Under the pieces are notes generated by a model. The model was not told the origin of the DNA. It worked only from the letters and a program-made list of their open reading frames with translations, and did no database searches. The translations under genes and the position numbers were made by a program. From IMG/VR virus record IMGVR_UViG_3300042006_000024: 64,000 nt of DNA; one strand, written 5' to 3'. Within the stretch, counting starts at the first letter, position 1. Each line of letters starts with the position of its first letter. This document shows, one piece after another, positions 17,116 to 27,095 of the stretch. This stretch comes from a virus (Duplodnaviria; Heunggongvirae; Uroviricota; Caudoviricetes).

Positions 17116-17306
17116 TGAACCAGACTCACAGTAAATGGCATATGTGTGTACGATGCATATACCAGTGCTGCACCGATACCCATAGGGATTAGAGCTTCAA
17201 AACAGAACCTGCCACTGAATGCATTACCTATGAACAGCAACACAAGGCCACCGATACAAAAGAACGCTCCAGCAAATGTAATGATCAACCATCCAATAAC
17301 AGCCAT
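17112..17306 (-). CDS. small membrane protein (64 aa, 2 TM)
   Basis: Hydrophobic ORF. A TTGATA-16-TGTATAAT promoter-like site lies just upstream at ~17348-17380. Confidence 0.45.
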   Translation of the reverse strand: MAVIGWLIITFAGAFFCIGGLVLLFIGNAFSGRFCFEALIPMGIGAALVYASYTHMPFTVSLVQ

Positions 17307-17367
17307 ACTTCACTCCTAATAATATATAAGCCCAACGCAATAGTGCGTCAGGCTATTATACATGTGA

Positions 17368-18456
17368 TTAGAAGTCAGTATCAAGCTCAGTTTCATCAAC
17401 GTTCATATCAACTTGGCCGGTTTGATACTGAAGGATAGTGTCTTCCTGTGGTGCAGGTTGATCATCATCACCAGTTTCATTCAGGAACTTGCGCATCCAA
17501 GGGATAGGCTCTTTAACCGGAACGGTGAAGTTTGGCTCAACACCATTACGGCGCATGCACTTACCTACATGGTATTGCAAGTAAACGATCAGCTCTTGTT
17601 CAGTCAGACCGACAATCGGGCCTTTGCTGAACAGATACTTGATCCACTCAAGTTCTTGACGATAGACAGCATACAGGATTGCTTCGGCATCAGCCTGACA
17701 TTCAATCGCGATCTTCGCCATATCAGGGTCTTCTTTCGGACTCTGACGCAGGACAAACTGAGTGAAACCACAGTGGAACGCTTCGTCTTGACGGATCAGT
17801 GTAACGATCTCACCAGAACCCTTCATCTTACCACGGTTGGCAAACGAGAAGGTGCAAGCGAAACTTACATGGAAACGAATCTGCTCAAGGGCGTTGACTG
17901 CAACCATGCACAGGTAGAACGCTTTCTTGGTGCGATAGTCGCCGTAGTCGTATTCTTTGATGCACCGCAGGAGTTCGTCATAGTACTTGCTGATGTCGTC
18001 AGAACACTCGGCGATCTCACGGATCTCCTTCATCGTGTCATAGATTTCAGAGGCGTTGGCGTAGACGTTCTCAATGATATGCGTGTAGCTGCTCGAATGG
18101 ATGCCCTCGTAGAAGTTCCATGCGTTGATGAATGCCTCTGCCCATGAGTCAGACACAATCGGCAAGAAACACAGTGCAGGGGCACGGCCTTGAACGCTGT
18201 CGAGGATGATTTGACGCTTCAGGTTCGATGAGAAAACATGCTTCTCAGCTTCGGTGAAGTCGTTGTAGTCAATCTTGTCTTGAGACATGTTGACTTCAGT
18301 TGGTCGCCAGTAGTTGGCCAACTGGTTTTCAGTCAGACGTTTAACCATCGGATACTTGACGACGTCATAGCGCTGAATGTCAACAGTGCCAGCCTCATCG
18401 AAAAACATCTTAGGCTTGTAAGTACCGTTTACATCACGGAAGTATAGAACAGACAT
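17368..18456 (-). CDS. nrdB: ribonucleotide reductase class Ia beta subunit
   Basis: 362 aa with ferritin-like di-iron motifs (EAFHCGF...). Confidence 0.9.
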   Translation of the reverse strand: MSVLYFRDVNGTYKPKMFFDEAGTVDIQRYDVVKYPMVKRLTENQLANYWRPTEVNMSQDKIDYNDFTEAEKHVFSSNLKRQIILDSVQGRAPALCFLPIVSDSWAEAFINAWNFYEGIHSSSYTHIIENVYANASEIYDTMKEIREIAECSDDISKYYDELLRCIKEYDYGDYRTKKAFYLCMVAVNALEQIRFHVSFACTFSFANRGKMKGSGEIVTLIRQDEAFHCGFTQFVLRQSPKEDPDMAKIAIECQADAEAILYAVYRQELEWIKYLFSKGPIVGLTEQELIVYLQYHVGKCMRRNGVEPNFTVPVKEPIPWMRKFLNETGDDDQPAPQEDTILQYQTGQVDMNVDETELDTDF

Positions 18457-18501
18457 TGAAACTCCTAGAAAGGCCGAGTGTTACCTCGGCCATGTTTGAT
18501 G

Positions 18502-20790
18502 TTAGATTACACAGGACGGGCAGGACGCTTCGTCTTCTTGCTCAACTACTTCTGGCACAGCACAATCAAGCGCAAGACTCTTCTCCTCTTCGGTCTTGAT
18601 CATCTTACGGTTGTTGTGGTAGTAGCCAGTTTTCCCGCCGAGTTTATAGATCAATGTCATGTCATTCAGAATCACGGTCGCCGGTACCTTGTTGTCAGGG
18701 TACTTAGTGTTGTCGTAGCGAGTGTTCAGCGAGATAGCCTGATCCATACGCTTCTGCATAATGCAGGAGATTTTGATGTAACCGTGAAGATTAACGTCCC
18801 ACTCAAGTTGGTACTTGTGCTTCAGGCGATCATACTCAGGCACAACAAACTTAGTACCAGACTTAGCAACGATCAGGTTGCGAACAGGCTCTTGACCATT
18901 AGTCATGTTCTGCACACGCGAAGACGTTTCAGACGGCATGTTGCACATCAAGGTCGCGTTACGAATGCCCGATACCTTCATGCGCGCACGCAACGGCTCC
19001 CACGGCATACGCTCAACATGAGGAATAACTTCATCAATGCCTTTCTTGCGCACGTCTTGAGGGAAGATGCCCTGAGCGTATTTGGTGTTTTCAACTTTAC
19101 CGCATGCACCGTACAGTTCAGCAAGTTCAACCGACGCTTGAGTCAGATAGAACGCCATCGCTTCCATGTATTCATCGACAACTTCAAACGCACCTTCATC
19201 GAACTTCAGACCACGTTTAGCCAGGAAGTAAGCGAGGTTGTTTACGCCGATGCCCAGAGGACGATACCAGTCAGTGCTGTTTTTCGCAGCGGGCAGCAAG
19301 TATGGCTGATAGTCAAGCAAGGCGTCAAGTGCGAACACAGCAAGACGGCAAGGAACTTCGAAGTCAGACGGCTTCTTGATTGCACCCCAGTTGATTGCAC
19401 TCAGGTTGCACAGACTGATCAGCGCGTTCATGTCCTCAAGACTCATCAGTTCGATGGTCGGCAGTGTCACTTCAGTGCACAGGTTCGACATGCGAATAGG
19501 TGCGTTCTTAGCAACAAAACTACCCTGTTCGTTCGAGTTGTCGACGAAGTGGAAGTAAACACGCGAGGTCGAAGAACGCTCGGTAGCGATCATGTCACGC
19601 AGTTTGCTACCTTCGATGATACGACGGGTTTTGGTTTCGTCTTTCTCATACAGCTCATACAGACGCGCAAACTCAACTTGGTCATCGCAGAACGCCTTCT
19701 GAAGCAGTGGAACTTCCTCAGGGGAGAACAGGGTGACGGCTTCGCGCTTGAGAATACGTTTCCACAGATAACCGTTCAGGTTGAATGCGTGGTCAGCGTG
19801 ACGAATGCGTGTTTCTTCAGTGCCTTTGTTGTTCTTCAGTACCAGCAGCTTCTCAACATCCAAGTGCCAGATGTTGTGGTAGTAAGTCTCGCTACCCTTA
19901 CGCATGCCGCCCTGACTAGAAGCCCCTACAATCGCTCGTGACGCTTGAGCAAAGCCAATCACGCCAGTAGTCGTCACGTCACCGTTACGAACAGGCTGCC
20001 CCTCAGCACGCAGGTTAAACACGCCAAGACCGATGCCTGCCTTGTTAGTCGCATACTTCAGCACTGCTTGATAGGTCGCACCAATCGAGTCAATCGAATC
20101 GCCCATTTCAATCAGGGTGCAACTTGCGCCTTGTGGGTTCGGTGTACGAATCGATGCAGCGATCGGACTCGGGATACTGATACCCGCTTCAGACAGCTGG
20201 TTGTAGTAGCCTTTGACCATCGTGATGCCGAAGCGATCAACGTACTTGCGCATCAGAACAGCGGCTACCAGGATGTAGGCCACTTGAGGCGTTTCGTGGT
20301 AGACCTTCTGCTTACGATTCTGCACCAAATACTTGTCAAGCCACTCACGCGCACCCGAGATACGGAAGTTAAAGTCGTTGTCATGCTTGACAAACGATTC
20401 AATCTTGGCCCATTGCTCAGGCGTGTACATGTTCAACAGGTCTTTGTGATACCAACCCGACTTGACGTTCTTTTCAACGATCCCGTACAGCGAAGGAACT
20501 TCGAACTGACCATAAACTTCTTTGCGCAGTGCCAGCATAACCAGACGACCAGCAACCAGGTCATAGTTCGGATAATCTGGCGAGATGAGTTCGTGTGCAG
20601 AGTCGATCAGCGAGGTATGCAAGTCAGACGTTTTCATGCCGTCATGAAACTTCAGTCCAGCCTGTGCTTCGATCTCAGAAGGTGAAACGTTGCTTACGCC
20701 GTCACATGCCCATACTAATACCTTGTGAATCTTGTTGATGTCCAACAGTTCGCGTGAACCATTGCGCTTAATGAGGAAAATATCTTTCAT
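18502..20790 (-). CDS. nrdA: ribonucleotide reductase class Ia alpha subunit
   Basis: 762 aa. N-terminal ATP cone and catalytic motifs (NLCTEV, C-terminal CPSC pair). Confidence 0.9.
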   Translation of the reverse strand: MKDIFLIKRNGSRELLDINKIHKVLVWACDGVSNVSPSEIEAQAGLKFHDGMKTSDLHTSLIDSAHELISPDYPNYDLVAGRLVMLALRKEVYGQFEVPSLYGIVEKNVKSGWYHKDLLNMYTPEQWAKIESFVKHDNDFNFRISGAREWLDKYLVQNRKQKVYHETPQVAYILVAAVLMRKYVDRFGITMVKGYYNQLSEAGISIPSPIAASIRTPNPQGASCTLIEMGDSIDSIGATYQAVLKYATNKAGIGLGVFNLRAEGQPVRNGDVTTTGVIGFAQASRAIVGASSQGGMRKGSETYYHNIWHLDVEKLLVLKNNKGTEETRIRHADHAFNLNGYLWKRILKREAVTLFSPEEVPLLQKAFCDDQVEFARLYELYEKDETKTRRIIEGSKLRDMIATERSSTSRVYFHFVDNSNEQGSFVAKNAPIRMSNLCTEVTLPTIELMSLEDMNALISLCNLSAINWGAIKKPSDFEVPCRLAVFALDALLDYQPYLLPAAKNSTDWYRPLGIGVNNLAYFLAKRGLKFDEGAFEVVDEYMEAMAFYLTQASVELAELYGACGKVENTKYAQGIFPQDVRKKGIDEVIPHVERMPWEPLRARMKVSGIRNATLMCNMPSETSSRVQNMTNGQEPVRNLIVAKSGTKFVVPEYDRLKHKYQLEWDVNLHGYIKISCIMQKRMDQAISLNTRYDNTKYPDNKVPATVILNDMTLIYKLGGKTGYYHNNRKMIKTEEEKSLALDCAVPEVVEQEDEASCPSCVI

Positions 20791-20805
20791 GGGTTGAACT
20801 ACACC

Positions 20806-21360
20806 TTAGTTGTTTGGATTGTTAATAAAGTAATCGCACATTGCATAGGCATCCGTGATGTCGGCTAGTGGGCTTTTGTCGGACGCGCAGTTTAACAGCT
20901 TCTCTAAGTCGACGTCTAAGCCTTTGTTTAGAAAGGCATCATACATCGCAGTCTTGTTTGAGTTACCTTTGCCTGTGAACAACTTTTTCACCGCAGTCGG
21001 CGCTGGGGTAATGAAAGCAATGCCTTCTTTCCACATTTTATGTTTCAACAGACCGATGTTCTCAGCGATGTTAAACACACGACCACTAGCGCCCATTGCA
21101 TAACCTTCAAGGCAAGCTTCTTTCACACCATGTCTCTTGAGGATAGTAATCGCCCATGACGCGATGTTGTCATAGCGTTCTTCATCACTGTGGTGCAACG
21201 TTGCTTTAAAGCCGTGAATATTACCGTAGGACTGGTCGTACTTCTTACTGTCAATGTAGAAGTAGAAGGTGCAGTTTTTGAATTCAAGTGGGGTCTTTGT
21301 ATCGTGAATGCAGATTGCTGGACATGACATCGACCAGTCGAGGCCGGCGATCATAGTCAT
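20806..21360 (-). CDS. RuvC-like Holliday-junction resolvase family protein
   Basis: N-terminal IAGLDWS catalytic Asp and C-terminal DITDAYAMCDYF, giving a RuvC/RNase-H-like motif order. Confidence 0.4.
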   Translation of the reverse strand: MTMIAGLDWSMSCPAICIHDTKTPLEFKNCTFYFYIDSKKYDQSYGNIHGFKATLHHSDEERYDNIASWAITILKRHGVKEACLEGYAMGASGRVFNIAENIGLLKHKMWKEGIAFITPAPTAVKKLFTGKGNSNKTAMYDAFLNKGLDVDLEKLLNCASDKSPLADITDAYAMCDYFINNPNN

Positions 21361-21509
21361 TCTTCTTCACCATCGGTGTCGATGGCTGCATCAACAGGGG
21401 ATGCACAGAATGGGCAGCAAGTGATATTTTGGGCATCCTCTTCTTGATAGACAAGGATATATTGAGTGTCGCAGGTTTTGCAAATAACTTCTGATTTGAG
21501 TAGAGACAT
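21357..21509 (-). CDS. zinc-ribbon small protein (50 aa)
   Basis: CKTC...CPFC. Stop overlaps the ATG of the RuvC-like gene as ATGA. Below the track cutoff. Confidence 0.35.
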   Translation of the reverse strand: MSLLKSEVICKTCDTQYILVYQEEDAQNITCCPFCASPVDAAIDTDGEEE

Positions 21510-21588
21510 ATCGGGTGATTCCTAAACGGTTATTGAAAGTGAATGTTGCCTATAACTTTCATTTATAACCGAAGAAACCACCCGATAT
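21508..21588. repeat. long inverted repeat (atatcgggtg / cacccgatat, extendable to ~14 nt) around a 55-nt loop containing TATAAATG
   Basis: Read from the sequence. The proximal arm contains the ATG of the zinc-ribbon ORF. Confidence 0.55.
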
Positions 21589-21594
21589 TCAGGA

Positions 21595-22170
21595 CTAGCT
21601 TTCTTCCACTTCGTCGCTGTCTTCACCACCAAGCACGCGTAACACACGCTCAGCCATGTCCTCAGACGTCACGTAGAAGTCTTCACCCTTCAAGATGCGT
21701 GTCACTTCATCTTCAGTGAAGAAGGGCACGTAGATCGAATATGCGAGCTTCGCATACAGTTCAACAATTGCCTGGGCTTGCTTCAGATTATCGCTGAACT
21801 TCATCCCTGGACTGGTCAGACTGCCATCATGGTACAAGAAGTGTGCGAACGGATGAATCTCAATGTTCTCACACGCGAGCATGATGATAGTACCAGCACT
21901 TGCAACGCCAGCTTCAGCATGAGCAATCACGGTTGCCTGAGTACGAAGGATTGCATGCACAATCACAATCGCCGCTTCCATGTTACCACCACCTGTTGCC
22001 AAGTGAAGATGAATCTCATCACCTGGCGCAGCATGGTCAAGGGTAAAGACAAGATCGCAATAGTCCTTAGTATCACCGATATCATCGTAGAAGTAGAAGT
22101 GATTGGGTGGTGCAACTTGCGGCCCTGTGTATTGCGGCGGAGTATAGCTTGAGGTCATTTGATGATACAT
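21595..22170 (-). CDS. ClpP/S14-like serine peptidase family protein
   Basis: LATGGGNM resembles the ClpP INSPGG loop. AGVASAGTIIM resembles the catalytic Ser region. Confidence 0.45.
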   Translation of the reverse strand: MYHQMTSSYTPPQYTGPQVAPPNHFYFYDDIGDTKDYCDLVFTLDHAAPGDEIHLHLATGGGNMEAAIVIVHAILRTQATVIAHAEAGVASAGTIIMLACENIEIHPFAHFLYHDGSLTSPGMKFSDNLKQAQAIVELYAKLAYSIYVPFFTEDEVTRILKGEDFYVTSEDMAERVLRVLGGEDSDEVEES

Positions 22171-22197
22171 GGTGAGTACCCGCTTTGTGTGATAAGA

Positions 22198-22491
22198 TCA
22201 ACTACTACTTAGTTCCTTTTTCATTCGTTTCCTAACAGTGGCAATGAAGTCATCCATCGAGTTTCTAGCGTCTAAGGTGAAAGAAACTCCGCAAGATCCA
22301 CAATAGAACAGATTGACATCACCCTGGCTCAACCATTGCAGGTGATTCTCGGGATGTTTGCAACTCCTCTTCATCTCATGTATTTGGCTTAGGATCGCTC
22401 GCTGTTTGCTTGCGAGCTTACCAATCTCAGTAGCATCAAAAGTGGCGTAATGCTTATCGTAGTCGAGACCTTCAGTAATCATGCCTTCCAC
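22198..22491 (-). CDS. hypothetical protein (97 aa) with C-terminal CGSCG
   Basis: ORF. Confidence 0.45.
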   Translation of the reverse strand: MEGMITEGLDYDKHYATFDATEIGKLASKQRAILSQIHEMKRSCKHPENHLQWLSQGDVNLFYCGSCGVSFTLDARNSMDDFIATVRKRMKKELSSS

Positions 22492-24074
22492 TTCCCGTTC
22501 TTCAGCGTGACGATGGTACGTTTGCTGTTTGCGTAGGTCACAATGTGGCTATGAGACCACGACGAACCGCCTTGGTTATAACCCATATCCATCTTCGCAC
22601 TCACACCAGCCTGGTAGACGCCATCACGAATGTTCGCAGAGTGTGAATGCCCGATGTTGTAACGTGTACCAAGCTTTTGATATGCGTTAATCGAACCGCG
22701 AGCACCGTTATTGCCGAGATGTCCATGAGCACCACACTCAATCCCATCCTTACCACAAATCATGAAGCTTTCATCAGTACGCAGGAACCGTACCGATCTC
22801 AGCTTAGGATTATGTTTGGTCAGCGCGTACTTGAACACAGAGAACTCTTGATTACCGTCAGCGATTGCGTTGTAGGTAGCAAGTTGACAGTCCAAGAAGA
22901 ACAGCGCGTTTGCTGGATCAGTCTTGTAGTCAGCAGTTTTCAACCAGCGTTGCAGTGCCAGGTCATGGTTCGACTCGACAATCACAGTTTGGCAGTAACT
23001 CCTGTACATCAAATTCAGAACGTCCGACACACGCGCAACGTCTTCAGACACCCAATCCTTGTTCTGGACATACAGAGCGAACTTGACATACGGGTCATTG
23101 ATTGTGTGGTGGTTACGCGCTTGCATGTCGAGGACATCATGCACTAGCTGGAACTTAGGCATCAACGAATCGATCATGCTGCCCTTGTTACCGAAGCTTG
23201 CGGCATACACCTTGGCATCGTACTTCTCAGCGTGAATGTCACCCCAGTTGATCGCTTCTACGCGGTGAGCAACAGAAACGCCCGTAGGGGTATACAGGCG
23301 GTCCAGATCGTAGAATTCGCCAGTCTCAGTGTCTGCGATCAGTTGACGCACGAACCAATCGCCGTCGGCATCGATCTCGACAATCAACGCACCAAAGATA
23401 TGGTGAAAGGATGCTTTCTGTCCAGACTTTTTCTGGATGTAGTTGCGTTGGGTGACAGCACCTGTGGTGTACAGGATGCGTACAGGTTCATCTTTGGCGG
23501 TCGGCAACGATTCGAGTTGAACCTTGGCGTGCGGGATGATCCCTGAACAGTTCTTGGTGTATGAGTGAAAGCCACTCAGCGGGTTGACAGCAGTAGGGAT
23601 AACGTTCAGCTCGCCACACCAGATCAGGTCGTCGGCAAGTTGAATTGGTTCATCGACGATGTATTTCTTGATCTTGCTGTCAAACCATTCACCTTCAGAT
23701 TTTTGCAAGTTCTGAAAGCCATCCACATTGTAACTGAACGTACCTACAATGATCGTTGCGTCAATACTCTTCGCCATTGTCTCAAGCGATGCCAGGAACT
23801 TCGAATGTACGTAGGTCGAGTTCTGTGCAGAGGTCAAGATGAACCGATTACCAGGCAACTTCTTGATCTGGTGATAGTGGTCATGAAGACTACCTGAAGC
23901 AATCGGCTTCTCATGCTTAGCCCACCAGTCACCATAAGTCTCCTTGCTCAGGAAGTTACCTACTGTGGTCTTGGAGATGTCGAGTGCGTGAGCGATTGCG
24001 CGTATGGAAAGGTTATCGTTTTTCAGACGCAGGATTTCAAGCTTTACATCATCGGTCAATATTGCTGAGGTCAT
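22479..24074 (-). CDS. N-terminal HTH plus calcineurin-like metallophosphoesterase domain protein
   Basis: HTH LSIRAIAHALDISKTTVGNFL. Phosphoesterase motifs GDIHAE, ESNHD, GAHGH, GHSH. Confidence 0.5.
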   Translation of the reverse strand: MTSAILTDDVKLEILRLKNDNLSIRAIAHALDISKTTVGNFLSKETYGDWWAKHEKPIASGSLHDHYHQIKKLPGNRFILTSAQNSTYVHSKFLASLETMAKSIDATIIVGTFSYNVDGFQNLQKSEGEWFDSKIKKYIVDEPIQLADDLIWCGELNVIPTAVNPLSGFHSYTKNCSGIIPHAKVQLESLPTAKDEPVRILYTTGAVTQRNYIQKKSGQKASFHHIFGALIVEIDADGDWFVRQLIADTETGEFYDLDRLYTPTGVSVAHRVEAINWGDIHAEKYDAKVYAASFGNKGSMIDSLMPKFQLVHDVLDMQARNHHTINDPYVKFALYVQNKDWVSEDVARVSDVLNLMYRSYCQTVIVESNHDLALQRWLKTADYKTDPANALFFLDCQLATYNAIADGNQEFSVFKYALTKHNPKLRSVRFLRTDESFMICGKDGIECGAHGHLGNNGARGSINAYQKLGTRYNIGHSHSANIRDGVYQAGVSAKMDMGYNQGGSSWSHSHIVTYANSKRTIVTLKNGKWKA

Positions 24075-24122
24075 TTAACACCTTTCTCGCTGTAGTGTAT
24101 TGTTGAATTGTTTAGCGGCTTG

Positions 24123-25181
24123 TTACAGCCGCTTCCATTGCATGAACTTCATTTTCGCAGTCATGCCTTTGTAGGTTGACTGTTTGATCACGCCCATCAG
24201 TTGCGAACGCGTGATACCTTCTTTGACCATGTCGTTGATGTCGACCTTCTTCATAGGACTGAATGGCCAGATAACTAATGACCGACCTTCTTCAATCGCC
24301 TGCTCCATATACCGACACACGTCGCGGTTACGACACTGATTGTCGAAGATCAACACGTCTGCCTTAGATCGCACCAAGTTCGCATCGCAGGTCGCAATGC
24401 AGTTGTCAACAAACAGCGAGTCGAGCGGCCCTTCGACACAATATGTTGTCTTGGCCGGATCCATCTCATATAGACCATAAAGCTTCTCGACATCATCATT
24501 CGCTTTGATGGTGATGTACTTCATCTTCGAATCCTTCAATGCGCGTCCCTGAAGCATCTCAACAACACCATCAGTGTTCACAAACGGAATCAGGATGCGC
24601 GATTCTTTCGCAAGCAAGTTCAACCCCGCTTCCTCGTTCATCATTGAGGCAACTGATTTGAAGTCGTCGGTGTAATACAGACGGCGCATCTCGTGTTCAG
24701 TGAATGCACGACCTTTCAGAAACACCACAGCGGGATGCGTTTCAGGTAGACTCATCACATTGATAGAGACGCGCTGGAACTCATCGAGGTCGATCCCCTC
24801 TGAAGGGCCCTCTACGACGTCCAACAACTCATCGGGCGTCCCACTCAATGTCATTTCAGAAGACGTCTTCGACGCAGTGCTGACGCGCTGGTTGAACGTG
24901 TCAAACAGTGTCTCACGCTTGTACTCCTCGAACTGCGAGCCGTATTGATCGCGCATGAAGTTGTAGAACGACTTCGAGTAACCACAGTTGTGACACCACA
25001 CCAACATGTTCTGCTTTTTCACGTAAAAGAAGAACCGAGTCAACTTGGTGCTCTTCTTTGAGTCACCACATACAGGACATCGACATGCCCAGACGTTAGT
25101 CTTTACCTTTTTAAAGCGTTGCAATCCAACAGAGATGCGATTCATCCATTGAATATCGATATGGACCTTTGAGTGAATCAT
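24123..25181 (-). CDS. DNA primase (gp61-like; zinc ribbon plus TOPRIM)
   Basis: CRCPVCGD...WCHNCG zinc ribbon. TOPRIM CVEGPLDSLF. I place the start at MIHSK (AAGGA RBS). The ORF track extends it to 25310. Confidence 0.6.
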   Translation of the reverse strand: MIHSKVHIDIQWMNRISVGLQRFKKVKTNVWACRCPVCGDSKKSTKLTRFFFYVKKQNMLVWCHNCGYSKSFYNFMRDQYGSQFEEYKRETLFDTFNQRVSTASKTSSEMTLSGTPDELLDVVEGPSEGIDLDEFQRVSINVMSLPETHPAVVFLKGRAFTEHEMRRLYYTDDFKSVASMMNEEAGLNLLAKESRILIPFVNTDGVVEMLQGRALKDSKMKYITIKANDDVEKLYGLYEMDPAKTTYCVEGPLDSLFVDNCIATCDANLVRSKADVLIFDNQCRNRDVCRYMEQAIEEGRSLVIWPFSPMKKVDINDMVKEGITRSQLMGVIKQSTYKGMTAKMKFMQWKRL

Positions 25182-25283
25182 ATCCTTACCATGTTTTGAA
25201 ATTGATAAATAGTATATAACACTAACAACACACTCTCCTACTGCTAACTGTAAAGAGAACAACGAGATAGAAGGAACAACCTG

Positions 25284-25739
25284 ATGGCCCAACCAATGGA
25301 ACTCTGGCAAGTCGTAACCGTGCTTTTCGGTATTTGCGTAGCCATTACAGGCCCCGCTATTTGGTTTTTCAAAACCAATACCGCCAGGCTCGAAAAAGAA
25401 AACGATAAAATCGTTAACAAGCTTGAATCGTCAAACACGAACGCGTTCAAAGACATCAAGAATGATCTGAAGGAGTTTCGAACTCACTTTGACAGCAAGA
25501 TCAGTGAGGTCTATGTTGCGGTCGATTCGAAAAACCGTGAGCTTAAGGACTTTGTGTCAAAAGAACTCGATTACGTCAAGAACCATGTCCTGTCTGTTGA
25601 GGAAAAGGTACATGCAGCACGGGAACATAGTCATGGGATTGAAAAGGATCTTCTGAAGCTCCAATTGGCAATCGGCAAAGACTACATCACCCGTGATGAC
25701 CTGTACGAATTCCTTCGTACCCGTAGCGTTACAACTTAA
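25284..25739 (+). CDS. membrane-anchored coiled-coil protein (151 aa)
   Basis: Single N-terminal TM helix then heptad-rich helices. Lone plus-strand gene in a minus-strand block. Confidence 0.5.
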   Translation: MAQPMELWQVVTVLFGICVAITGPAIWFFKTNTARLEKENDKIVNKLESSNTNAFKDIKNDLKEFRTHFDSKISEVYVAVDSKNRELKDFVSKELDYVKNHVLSVEEKVHAAREHSHGIEKDLLKLQLAIGKDYITRDDLYEFLRTRSVTT

Positions 25740-27094
25740 AGCGCATCGAGGTCTTTGATAAACAGCGCGTCTGTGCTGGTTTTCTCAAGGGTCTCGATAT
25801 CTGCCTTCACACCTTTCGCTGCTTGCTCTGCCTCAGCAACTTTCTCCATTGTGAGAGAACTGATTTGCATAGCAAGTAAGCGATCCATGTACTTCAAGTC
25901 AACCACTGCACTGAACTCGGCTTCAAGCTCCGAACGTTTCTTCTTGTGCGGGTCTTTCATCTTCGAGTTCCAGTAGGTGATGAACTTGACCTTGTTTTCG
26001 TTCCACTTCAAATCCTCGGCCATCGCCTCAAGCAACTTCTGCTTGCGAATCACATAGATCCCTTTCCTGAACTCAATGAACGCCAACAGGGCTGCATAGA
26101 CGTTGTCAAAGCGTTGCAAGTTCGCCCCGATGTTCCAGAGCGTGACGTTCTCACCGAAGCGATGCACCAACTTGAAGATTGATTTCAGTTCGACGATTTC
26201 CTTGCGCGCAACTTCACGCGGGACAGTGATGATAAACTCAAATCCATCCTCAGTCGAGTTATTGTCGAAGTCTTTGACCTTACCATCATCCATCAACTTG
26301 ATCAGGATTTCCTTGAACTTGTCGACGTCATAGGTGATAGGCAAGTGCGTGACCTTCAGGGTCGTTGTATTGATCTTCTCAATCCGACCGTGAAACTCCC
26401 ATTGCGTATCAGATGCACCCTTGACAACTTCACCACCCCATGCACCGAAGTACGGCGTCATTGCCGCATCAATCGTGCGCTGTTGTACTGCAACACCCTG
26501 AAGCAATTTCTTCATCAGGTCAGCAACTTTCTTCGGATCGCGGGACAAGATCTTCGATGCGTGGCCAGTACCAACACCCTGAGCACCGTTGACCAACCAG
26601 AAAGGAATGATCGGGAAGTAGTTCAGCGGCTCCATCTCCTTACCTTCTTCAAGGCGCGATTCAAGCAACAGGTCGTCATCACGGTGCAGATACTTGCGCA
26701 TGTATGGGCTTGGCTTTGTATAGATGTAACGCACGGCAGACGCTTCAGAACTCATGATCGAACCGAACTGTCCGATAGGCGTGAACAAGTTGACGTTGTT
26801 GCTGCCAGGGAAGTCTTGCGCAAGCTTAACTATCGTCTCACACAATGAGTTCTCACCGTGCTGATACGCTGTCACCTTCGCCCCATGTGAACCAAGTTGC
26901 GCAACCTTGATCTCAGATGTCCCGTGCGTGAACATTCCATAGACAGCTTTCCGTTGCGAGTCTTTGAACCCATCCACAATAGATGGGATACTGCGCACGT
27001 TGTCGGCGTTGGAAAAGATCTTCAGGTCATTGTTGATGAAGTCCTTGAGTCGGTATTTCGAGTGATCTGGGTTATGCTGTATGAATAATGACAT
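25736..27094 (-). CDS. DNA topoisomerase II medium subunit (gp52-like, GyrA-type)
   Basis: GyrA-like N-terminal motifs. Start placed at MSLFIQ with a GGAGG RBS, one nt after the upstream stop. Confidence 0.85.
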   Translation of the reverse strand: MSLFIQHNPDHSKYRLKDFINNDLKIFSNADNVRSIPSIVDGFKDSQRKAVYGMFTHGTSEIKVAQLGSHGAKVTAYQHGENSLCETIVKLAQDFPGSNNVNLFTPIGQFGSIMSSEASAVRYIYTKPSPYMRKYLHRDDDLLLESRLEEGKEMEPLNYFPIIPFWLVNGAQGVGTGHASKILSRDPKKVADLMKKLLQGVAVQQRTIDAAMTPYFGAWGGEVVKGASDTQWEFHGRIEKINTTTLKVTHLPITYDVDKFKEILIKLMDDGKVKDFDNNSTEDGFEFIITVPREVARKEIVELKSIFKLVHRFGENVTLWNIGANLQRFDNVYAALLAFIEFRKGIYVIRKQKLLEAMAEDLKWNENKVKFITYWNSKMKDPHKKKRSELEAEFSAVVDLKYMDRLLAMQISSLTMEKVAEAEQAAKGVKADIETLEKTSTDALFIKDLDAL

Positions 27095-27095
27095 A

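Noticed and set aside
18478-19941. 487-aa and 246-aa plus-strand ORFs inside nrdA
   Set aside because: Antisense to a gene with unmistakable class Ia RNR motifs. Low-complexity, Arg/Val-rich translations typical of shadow ORFs.
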